From an uncultured Candidatus Poseidoniales archaeon (GTDB lineage: Archaea > Thermoplasmatota > Poseidoniia > Poseidoniales > Thalassarchaeaceae): DNA of 64,000 bases. The notes beneath the pieces were generated by a model. It saw only the letters and a list, made by a program, of their open reading frames with translations, was not told the origin of the DNA and searched no databases. The stretch spans positions 19,097-83,096 of the forward strand of contig CACOAW010000003.1 of the NCBI GenBank assembly GCA_902625325.1. Reading direction: 5' to 3'. This document shows positions 19,233 through 27,293 of this stretch, piece after piece (positions within the stretch are counted from its first letter, which is position 1; each line of letters starts with the position of its first letter). The position numbers and the translations under genes were made by a program.

Positions 19233-20987
19233 TCATAGCGAGGCAGGGTTGCCATAGGGCTCGTCGATATCGAGTTGGACAATGTACAATCCGGTGGTGA
19301 TGCATGACAAGTACGTGTAGCCCTTGTAGTGCTCAGCCGCCCAGATGAACGGCGTCCATCCGAAGTCGTAGTACGAACTGTCGAGAGGGGCACCATCGGC
19401 TCCATGTGGGAGGTGGTAACCAACTGTCGATTCCATGTGTGCCTCGGTCTTGTTTCCGTTCTGAAGTCCTGCGACCATCAGAGACTCTATGTCGATAACC
19501 CACAATCCGGAGTGGTAGTTGCCCATGTATATCCTGCCATCCCAAGCACCACCGTGGCTGTTGTCCGGAAAACCAGGCAGGCCCGTCTGGAAGATTTCGT
19601 GGTCTGCATTATGCGGACTGAATAGCAGCCACTCATCACCTCCTGGGATGAAGTGGTGATCTGCGAACGGGGTCTCCCAACCGTGGATGAGTTGGGGAAG
19701 GAATCTCACATTTCCGTTGACGACTTCGTAGGGAGTAGTGTCCAGCAGATAGGCCATTCCCGTGCCCACTGTGGTCTCAAGGACTTCAGTAGCTATGATC
19801 GTCATGTGAATCTTGCCAGAAGGGTATCCAAGATGGGTGGCATCTACCATTTCGTCTATTGGCTCGGCATAGTGGATGTATGAGGCCCTCCCCCCATTCT
19901 CATTCCCTGTTGTCCCGCTGTCTGGCTGGCCATCGCCATCGAAGTCCTCGAAGTCCATCCAAAGCCCTACCTCCGGAGCCCTCCAGTTGCACCCCAATTG
20001 AGTCCCGAAGGATCCGCGACAGGCAGCTGCTATGGCTAGGTACTCTACCATGTCCTTGCCCGGATGCGGGACATCGGATACATCGAAAATCCTCAATCCT
20101 GCTTCCCAGTATGCCCCATAGACGTATGTTCTGCCAAATCGCGGATCACTGGAGTCCTCTCCGGGCCAGGTCTGGACCGTCATGTCGTGTATGTAAATCC
20201 ATCCACCTCTGGTGGTTTCCCAACTCACCTCCGCCTCCCCCACCTTCACGATCCGGGGCAGGTCCCCATAACCTGCGAAATTCAGATGCGCAACCGTGAT
20301 CCCCCCGCAAGCATCCCCCTGCCCTATGTCACAAGACTCGTAGTCGGGGTTGGCCACGAAGATGTACCACTCGTTATCGATCGTGTGGGTGTACAGATTG
20401 TGAGGGCCGCTTGGGTGATCTGCATCGTACCAGGCATCGACGAATGTAGGCTCATATTTGTCGGTCACGTCCACGAGAGTTACCGTTACCTGAGCAGGAT
20501 CGCCCCACTCCCCCACATTGGGATCAGCGGCCCCCGGGTCAACCAGTTGGTTCTGTACGATCACATACTCCCTGTTGTTGTAGACTAGGTACTTGACATC
20601 CAGAACCTGAGTATTGGGGTCCACGTAGACCCCGGTTACAGTGGTATTTGTCGGGTCCGTTACATCGACGATGTGCATCTCGCTCCATCCTGCGATGTAT
20701 GCATACCTCCTTCCATCGGGCGAGTCCGATACTTGGACCTCAGCATTGCCAGGGGCGGTGAGAGAATTGAATGAGACCGGTTGGATGTTTTCCGTGTAGA
20801 GGATGTGTTGGCTAGCGTTTCTGTGATCATGACCCTCGTCTTGCAATAGCGGATCTACCATTGATTCCAGGTCATTCGAAATACCGACTTCGCTATCTTT
20901 CAACAACAAGAATGTCGACGCTCCTGCCACCACTATGCAAGCAGCCAATGCCAAAGCCATAGCTGCCCTCTGTCCATCCATATTCAT
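19233..20987 (-). CDS. LVIVD-repeat beta-propeller, N-terminally membrane anchored (paralogue of 17240-19177)
   Basis: MHIVDVTDP, VTLVDVTD, YWEAGLRIFDVSD, FSPHN, YHSGLWVID and TGLYIVQL. Confidence 0.75.
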   Translation of the reverse strand: MNMDGQRAAMALALAACIVVAGASTFLLLKDSEVGISNDLESMVDPLLQDEGHDHRNASQHILYTENIQPVSFNSLTAPGNAEVQVSDSPDGRRYAYIAGWSEMHIVDVTDPTNTTVTGVYVDPNTQVLDVKYLVYNNREYVIVQNQLVDPGAADPNVGEWGDPAQVTVTLVDVTDKYEPTFVDAWYDADHPSGPHNLYTHTIDNEWYIFVANPDYESCDIGQGDACGGITVAHLNFAGYGDLPRIVKVGEAEVSWETTRGGWIYIHDMTVQTWPGEDSSDPRFGRTYVYGAYWEAGLRIFDVSDVPHPGKDMVEYLAIAAACRGSFGTQLGCNWRAPEVGLWMDFEDFDGDGQPDSGTTGNENGGRASYIHYAEPIDEMVDATHLGYPSGKIHMTIIATEVLETTVGTGMAYLLDTTPYEVVNGNVRFLPQLIHGWETPFADHHFIPGGDEWLLFSPHNADHEIFQTGLPGFPDNSHGGAWDGRIYMGNYHSGLWVIDIESLMVAGLQNGNKTEAHMESTVGYHLPHGADGAPLDSSYYDFGWTPFIWAAEHYKGYTYLSCITTGLYIVQLDIDEPYGNPASL

Positions 20988-21034
20988 CGCACAAGGTGAG
21001 TCATGTTCAAGCCATCGCATACCATCCGGCACAT

Positions 21035-21634
21035 GTGAGAATAACTGCACTGGCATTCACTTCCATCTTACTGGCCTCATTTCTTACACCTGCAGCCTCT
21101 GCTCACGAGCCGAAGGAGTACACAATTCTACTGACTCAGGATGGAACTACCCCTCAGACCATTCCTGATGACGTGCTCGTCCAAACCGACTTTCTGTTCT
21201 TCATGAATGTTGACGATAGGGAGGGCGTTAGCCACAGAATCCAAGTCGATGCTGATGATGACGGTCTGTTCAATGGTTCAGATGACTTCTCATCCAACTG
21301 GCTCAGCGGTTCTTGTGACCTTGATGAAAATGGCAGCAAGGTGGACGAGTCATGCATGGTAACGGAGGCAATATTACTGGGACCGGAGAATGGTCTCCTA
21401 CCGGGGACTATCCAGCTCCGGCATCAAACAATGAATGGCTCCATCCTGCTAGAGGAGAGATTGTCCGTAACTTTCAAGGAAGACGTGCACAACCAACTCA
21501 ACTCAGAAATAGGTCTGCCAAAAATGCCTCAAGAAAATCCTGAGGATGGGAGCAGGGACCTCCTGGTCGCGATCCTGTTCACTTCTCTGATGGGGATTCT
21601 GGCAATCTCTCCAAGTTTGATTAATCGTGATTGA
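21035..21634 (+). CDS. Exported cupredoxin-like protein with C-terminal TM anchor (paralogue of 16705-17238)
   Basis: GTG start; signal peptide ending ASA|HEPKEY; FFMNVDD, IQVDADDDG, a Cys pair, LPG, DVH and a C-terminal TM helix. Confidence 0.6.
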   Translation: MRITALAFTSILLASFLTPAASAHEPKEYTILLTQDGTTPQTIPDDVLVQTDFLFFMNVDDREGVSHRIQVDADDDGLFNGSDDFSSNWLSGSCDLDENGSKVDESCMVTEAILLGPENGLLPGTIQLRHQTMNGSILLEERLSVTFKEDVHNQLNSEIGLPKMPQENPEDGSRDLLVAILFTSLMGILAISPSLINRD

Positions 21635-21685
21635 CTTCGGGACTACGGTTTGACTCAATAATGAGTTGCCTCTCCGGCGGGTAAG

Positions 21686-21762
21686 GGGCGCTTAGATCAG
21701 CCTGGAAGATCGTCTGGTTTGCAACCAGAAGGCCGGGGGTTCAAATCCCCCAGCGTCCACCA
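21686..21762 (+). tRNA. tRNA-Ala(TGC), CCA encoded
   Basis: Acceptor stem GGGCGCT/AGCGTCC with G3-U70, anticodon arm TCTGG-TTTGCAA-CCAGA, ends ACCA. Confidence 0.96.
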
Positions 21763-21837
21763 TCAACTATTTCTGTCGTTATCCGACATGATTAGAAATT
21801 AGTAACCATAATACATCTTCCTGCCGGGTTATAACTC

Positions 21838-24477
21838 ATGCCGAAGACAGGACTGACTAGATGGTTTGAAGAAACTAGAATTCAGGATACTTCGGAAGTG
21901 GGGGGAAAAGGTGCTTCGCTCGGCGAGATGTTTCAGAAACTGTCAGAATCCGGGGTCAAAGTACCCAATGGATTCACCCTCACAACAGAAGCATTCTCAA
22001 GATTCCTGAATTCTGAAATTCCCGAGAAGACATGGGACAATGTACGAAATCCCCAGGGAGTGGAGGACGTGAGGAACGAGGCCATCAAGGCCAAAACGTT
22101 GGCCGAGGCATTGGAGGTCTCATTGAGAGATACGGATCTGGGCGAGGAGCTCGACTTGAATGGTAGGGCAGCACTCGCAAGGTCTCTCGTGAGGGAGACT
22201 CCTGTTCCTGAATCCGTCAGGAAGGCAATCGCGTCTGACTACGGTAAGCTGTGTGAAATCTATTACCCGGGAGTGGACGTCGCGGTCAGATCATCTGCTA
22301 CAACCGAAGACTCAGAGGAGGCATCGTTTGCCGGACAGTACGAGTCTTTCCTTAATGTAAGCGGAGAGGTTGAGATTGTCGAAAAGTGGAGGAGATGTAT
22401 TGCCAGCATGTTCACTGAGCGCTCGGTTGCGTACCATCTTGAGAACGGCCTTCACCCGCTTGATAGCGCCGTCGCGGTGGTCGTTATGAAAATGGCAAGA
22501 TCGGACAAAGCCTGCTCGGGAGTCATGTTCACCATAGACCCGGATTCCGGGCACGAGGGAGTCATCCACATCGCTTCCTCTTACGGCTTAGGTGAGCTTG
22601 TCGTTCAAGGCGTTGTTATTCCTGACACATTCACGATATGGAAGAAGGGCCTTAGCAAGGGCAAGTCAGCTGTAGTTCACAGGACACTTGGCTCGAAGGA
22701 GCAGATGCTCGTCTACGACGACGAGTTAGCCAACGAGGTTTCCTCTGTTAGAGTTCCCATAGACATGAGGAAGAGGTGGTCGTTGGATAGTGACGAGTGT
22801 GTGAAACTGGGGGGGATGGCGGTCTCGATAGAGAAATTCTTCGGCCGGCCAATGGACATTGAGTGGGCCAAAGATGGTGTTGACAATGAGATATACATCG
22901 TCCAAGCAAGACCTGAAACGATACACTCCAAAACAGATGGAAATAAGATTCTGATGTATAAGATAGATGAGAAGCTCGCATCGAATCTGAAGCGTCAGGG
23001 CCGGGTAGTCGCATCGGGACAGGCCGTTGGGAAAAGGATTGGAGTGGGAAAAGTCAGAATCTTCAGATCATATTCGGAAGTCTTGGATAAGAGGAGGGAG
23101 TTTGGGAAGTTGCTGGATAGCGGCCTCTCAACAGAAGAGATATCAGACGAAATGGCGGTATTCCAGAACGGAGACGTGCTTGTAACGGAGATGACTACTC
23201 CAGACTGGGAGCCGTTGATGAAAAAATCATCACTAATTATCACTAGGAAGGGCGGTAGGACATCCCATGCAGCTATCATAGCGAGGGAGTTCGGGATTCC
23301 CGCGATCGTAGGATGCTCAGATGCTATGGAAATACCCGAGCTGACGGAGGTCACAGGAAGCTGTGCGGAGGGAGACACGGGCTACGTTTATTCGGGAGCT
23401 GTCCCCTTCGAAATAGAGGAGTTTTCCATAGACGAGGACGAGGCTCTTGAGACCAAAATCAAACTCAACGTTGGGTTTCCGACCAAATCTTTGGCAGACT
23501 CGATGCTGCCTGTAGATGGAGTTGGATTGGCGAGGATAGAGTTCATACTTTCCTCGGAATTAGGAATTCACCCCCTCGCATTTGTCCATCATGATGAACT
23601 TAGGGCTTATGCCGAATCGGGCGAGGCCTCTGACAGTCTCAGACCCTACAGAGAAGTATTAGACACGGCAGATCCCAACGAGGTGAAAACAGTCGTAGAA
23701 TCATTGGAAAAGAGGGCCTGGGCGTATCCTGACAAAAGGGGCCTTTTCATCGATAAACTCAGGGAGGGGGTGGGGCTAATTTGCGCTGCATTTCATCCAA
23801 GGCCCGTCCTCGTAAGGTTATCCGACTTCAAATCGAACGAATATAGGGAACTAATGGGCGGTTGGATATTTGAGCCGATCGAGGAGAATCCAATGATCGC
23901 CTGGAGAGGCGCGTCTAGGTACATGGATGACAAGTTCAGACCTGCGTTTGAGATGGAGTTGGAGGCCATGAGGTCCGTGAAGGAGGAGTTCGGCTTGGAC
24001 AATCTACAGCTAATGGTTCCATTCTGCAGAACCCCGGAAGAGGGAGGGATGGTCACCGAACTATTGAATCAGAAGGGAATCGGACCCGACTCAGGAACCG
24101 ACCTCTTCGTAATGGTAGAGTTGCCCTCAAATGTCATAGAGGCGGATCTCTTCATTGAGAAGATGGGGCTCTCCGGTGGCTCGATAGGATCGAACGATTT
24201 GGTGCAGACGGTCTACGCCGTCTCGAGAGACGACCTGGAGGGCTACCAGAACCCGATTGACGCCCGCTCCCCTTCAGTGAAATCTATGATTAGGCAAATA
24301 GTGGAGAAGTTCAACTCAAAAGGCCTCGAGATAGGGATATGCGGGCAAGCACCCTCTGATTTCCCGGATGAATTCCCCCCTTTCCTTATCGATTGCGGCA
24401 TTACTAGCATCTCGGTAACACCGGATACTGCAGTCGCTGTGAGGGCAACGGTAGCGGAAGCTGAAAGAAAATCTTAG
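21838..24477 (+). CDS. ppsA: Phosphoenolpyruvate synthase (pyruvate, water dikinase)
   Basis: VGGKGASLGE, VAVRSSA..ED...SFAGQ, DIEWA, VQARPET, GGRTSHAAI (phospho-His), SDFKSNEY, SIGSNDL and GICGQ. Confidence 0.95.
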   Translation: MPKTGLTRWFEETRIQDTSEVGGKGASLGEMFQKLSESGVKVPNGFTLTTEAFSRFLNSEIPEKTWDNVRNPQGVEDVRNEAIKAKTLAEALEVSLRDTDLGEELDLNGRAALARSLVRETPVPESVRKAIASDYGKLCEIYYPGVDVAVRSSATTEDSEEASFAGQYESFLNVSGEVEIVEKWRRCIASMFTERSVAYHLENGLHPLDSAVAVVVMKMARSDKACSGVMFTIDPDSGHEGVIHIASSYGLGELVVQGVVIPDTFTIWKKGLSKGKSAVVHRTLGSKEQMLVYDDELANEVSSVRVPIDMRKRWSLDSDECVKLGGMAVSIEKFFGRPMDIEWAKDGVDNEIYIVQARPETIHSKTDGNKILMYKIDEKLASNLKRQGRVVASGQAVGKRIGVGKVRIFRSYSEVLDKRREFGKLLDSGLSTEEISDEMAVFQNGDVLVTEMTTPDWEPLMKKSSLIITRKGGRTSHAAIIAREFGIPAIVGCSDAMEIPELTEVTGSCAEGDTGYVYSGAVPFEIEEFSIDEDEALETKIKLNVGFPTKSLADSMLPVDGVGLARIEFILSSELGIHPLAFVHHDELRAYAESGEASDSLRPYREVLDTADPNEVKTVVESLEKRAWAYPDKRGLFIDKLREGVGLICAAFHPRPVLVRLSDFKSNEYRELMGGWIFEPIEENPMIAWRGASRYMDDKFRPAFEMELEAMRSVKEEFGLDNLQLMVPFCRTPEEGGMVTELLNQKGIGPDSGTDLFVMVELPSNVIEADLFIEKMGLSGGSIGSNDLVQTVYAVSRDDLEGYQNPIDARSPSVKSMIRQIVEKFNSKGLEIGICGQAPSDFPDEFPPFLIDCGITSISVTPDTAVAVRATVAEAERKS

Positions 24478-24608
24478 TGTTGCTCACAAAAAATATGGCT
24501 TTTTCTTGGCAACTCTGTCAATCGGCGTTCGGGCGCCCCAGCGTTCGCAAGATATTTCTTTGGAATAATTATATAATAGGTTATTCTGTACAAGCATGGG
24601 ACAGAGAA

Positions 24609-25277
24609 ATGGAGAATGAACACCAGTCTTTTGACCCGATAGAATATGTGGATGCAGTTTACCCAGATTTGCCAATGATGGGTGCGGCTAGAGCAAGAAA
24701 GTTTGAGCAGCTGATAGTCGACTATGATTTGAAAGACACACTCGAACTAGGATTCTACAAGGGAAAGAGCAGTGCATATATTGGATCAATATTGAAATCC
24801 CTAGGAAGGGGACATCACACGGCTATTGATATGCACTACGCCGAACCGCACGAACCAAACATCGAGGAGGTGATGACTAAGCTAGAATTAACCGATTATG
24901 TTACTTGGTACTACGAGCAACAGTCCTACCTGTGGCGTCTGATGAGGTTCTTGGAAAAACCGGAAGATAATTTGTTTGATTTCTGCTATTTAGATGGTGG
25001 TCACGTTTGGGATATAACTGGATTTGGTTTTATGTTGGTGGACCGACTACTAAGGCCAGGAGGGGTAATTGTTTTCGACGATCTCGATTGGACAATAGAG
25101 GTCGGTATCCCCGAAGCCCGTTGGCCAAAATATCCGGACATTGATTTCCGAGACAGATTTATGAGAACTAAGCAAGTTAAGAAGGTCTTCGAACTCCTTG
25201 CAATGTCCGATCAAAACTATGAATGTGAGATTTGGAACGATGATTGGGGAATTGCACGTAAGAAAGAGAATTCTTAG
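24609..25277 (+). CDS. Class I SAM-dependent methyltransferase (Methyltransf_24-like)
   Basis: LELGFYKGKS, FDFCYLDGGH and LRPGGVIVFDD. Confidence 0.85.
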   Translation: MENEHQSFDPIEYVDAVYPDLPMMGAARARKFEQLIVDYDLKDTLELGFYKGKSSAYIGSILKSLGRGHHTAIDMHYAEPHEPNIEEVMTKLELTDYVTWYYEQQSYLWRLMRFLEKPEDNLFDFCYLDGGHVWDITGFGFMLVDRLLRPGGVIVFDDLDWTIEVGIPEARWPKYPDIDFRDRFMRTKQVKKVFELLAMSDQNYECEIWNDDWGIARKKENS

Positions 25278-25382
25278 ATTTTCTAAAACAAAAAAAGCCC
25301 ATATAAATAAATTCCATCGACCATCAATCATCCCATCTATCCAGAGTCAATATTATAGAATTGTGCTTCTAGTGATGCTTCT

Positions 25383-25724
25383 ATGAGTCTGGAAGAGATA
25401 ACCCGGAATTACCTCCAGGCATTCCAGAATCGCGATATTGAAACATTATCGAAATTCTTTTCCGAGACAGTCGAACTAAGGGACTGGGAGTTATATGCCG
25501 AGGGAAAAAAGAATGTTATCAAAGCAAATCAGGGAATTTTTGATGCCTTCTCAGTCATTACTGTCGAGATAACAAACATCATCAGTAAGAAAAATCAAGT
25601 AGCAGTAGAATTCAGGCTTATTCTTTCTGAGGATGGGTCAGAGGTTTCCATATTGGTCACGGATATCATCGAATTCGATGAAAGATTCCAAATCTCAAGA
25701 TTACGCGCCTACCGGGGCAACTAA
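25383..25724 (+). CDS. SnoaL/NTF2-like protein
   Basis: Y..AF..RD..L..FF...V.L.DW and D.IEFD....I..LRAY. Confidence 0.8.
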   Translation: MSLEEITRNYLQAFQNRDIETLSKFFSETVELRDWELYAEGKKNVIKANQGIFDAFSVITVEITNIISKKNQVAVEFRLILSEDGSEVSILVTDIIEFDERFQISRLRAYRGN

Positions 25725-25877
25725 CTCCAATGACTAGTAATGACTTTCCAGCTCTTACATACTATTTCCTTGGTACAATCTCAATCTTATTAATTACTCC
25801 TGTCAATGCAATACACAATTACCCTTCACAAAATTTTTGATAGGTAACTTTTCCATAATGGAAGCCATCCCGAATAT

Positions 25878-27293
25878 GTGACTCGAGGTTCAGAGGATAT
25901 GGTTATTAGTCCAGACGGTCGTTATTCTTGGAACGGTAAAAGATGGAAAAATTCCCCTAAGGGAACTATTCAGAAATTCGTCTGGGACGGCAAAAAATGG
26001 GGGCGAGTACCACCCGAAGATGGGGGTACAGTTTTCAGTCCCGATTGCAAAATGATGTGGACAGGAAAAGTGTGGATCCCAGCCCCCCCAGATGGAAATC
26101 AAGAACTCGAAGAAGAAACTACTCAAAATCAACTTAAGTCTATCAATCCTCTAATGGAAAATTTTGGAAATCATGATAAGGAGTTCATCAGACTTTCTCG
26201 CAATGAGTCTTCCTTATCTCTGGTAGCAATAATCTTCACTTTCATAATCACATCTTCATTATTTAACTCACAAATAGTTCAACCAATGCTATTCGATGCG
26301 AGTCTGATTAATCAAGGAAGACATTCGATAACTTTTGATGCATGGAATACAATTTCTGAAGACGATGGGATTTCAATCGTAGCCATTGGTTCTTCAATGA
26401 TTCATTATTCAATTGACGGCATTTGTATTGAGGAAGAAATCTCATCGGATGAGAATTTATTCGTTTACAACCTAGGTGCCCCGGGATCAATGCCATACAT
26501 GGAAATGATTCAAACCGAGGCAGCAATTAGTGCAAATCCCGAACTAATTCTCCTAGAAGTGGGGCCAAACAGCCTATGGGACGTAGAAGAATATGATTTG
26601 AGCGAATTTTTCGAATTAAAATTGACAATCTATTCTTTAACCATGGAGCTCGGTTACGGTGGAGAATGGGAGGAAATTCTTCGTGAATCCGAGAAAAATA
26701 TGTTAGATTATGGAATAAATCAACTTTCTTCAGAATCTAAATTTGCAAATGATGCGGTCGAAGAGTTACTGACAAGGATTCTGCTGAATGAAACATCTGC
26801 ACCCTCCCCTACGAGTTATGCCTCAGTCCCTCATCCAAATAGTAATGGTTGGCAAGACTACCTAAGAACCCCGAAGTGGTTATTTAGTAAGTTGGAGTTA
26901 ATGGACGAAAAAGAAAGATCTGATTGGGAAAACGTTACTGTTGTTAATAAAATAAAATACGGGGTCAACAATCCACTGCATAACGGAACGTTGAATCACG
27001 CTGCACTAGAATACATGGTTTCCAGGTTCTCTGAATCAGGCATTGAGGTTGTTTTAGTTAGCCCCCCCCTTCACCCCCTCTTGATCGCAGAGTTAGAGGA
27101 AGGGCAGTATGATGGACATAATACAACACTCTCTCGATTATCAGAATATGATGGGGTCAGTATCATGAATCTAATCTGGGAGGACTTCTGGTCGGATGAC
27201 GATTTTTATGATCATAACCACTTAGATAGAGATGGAAGAAAGACTTTCTGTCAGGAAGTTGGACCTAGAATATCTGATATTTTGGAGGATTGA
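25878..27293 (+). CDS. Membrane-anchored SGNH/DltD/DUF1574-like acyltransferase-hydrolase with N-terminal WxGxxW repeats
   Basis: AIGSSM (block I Ser), YNLGAPG and C-terminal FYDHNHL (DxxH); one TM helix; overlaps the start of the MBOAT gene. Confidence 0.72.
   Translation: MTRGSEDMVISPDGRYSWNGKRWKNSPKGTIQKFVWDGKKWGRVPPEDGGTVFSPDCKMMWTGKVWIPAPPDGNQELEEETTQNQLKSINPLMENFGNHDKEFIRLSRNESSLSLVAIIFTFIITSSLFNSQIVQPMLFDASLINQGRHSITFDAWNTISEDDGISIVAIGSSMIHYSIDGICIEEEISSDENLFVYNLGAPGSMPYMEMIQTEAAISANPELILLEVGPNSLWDVEEYDLSEFFELKLTIYSLTMELGYGGEWEEILRESEKNMLDYGINQLSSESKFANDAVEELLTRILLNETSAPSPTSYASVPHPNSNGWQDYLRTPKWLFSKLELMDEKERSDWENVTVVNKIKYGVNNPLHNGTLNHAALEYMVSRFSESGIEVVLVSPPLHPLLIAELEEGQYDGHNTTLSRLSEYDGVSIMNLIWEDFWSDDDFYDHNHLDRDGRKTFCQEVGPRISDILED

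Noticed and set aside
17240..20987. Identifying the propellers as methanethiol oxidase (MtoX/SELENBP1) because of the SCO neighbours
   Set aside because: The SELENBP1-type motifs I recall (e.g. DELHH.GWN) are absent and no MauG-like gene is present. Kept only as an analogy.
21686..21762. tRNA-Ala (or another tRNA) as an integration site for the Cu cluster or the glycan island
   Set aside because: I found no duplicated tRNA 3' end and no integrase. The core gene ppsA lies between the tRNA and the island.
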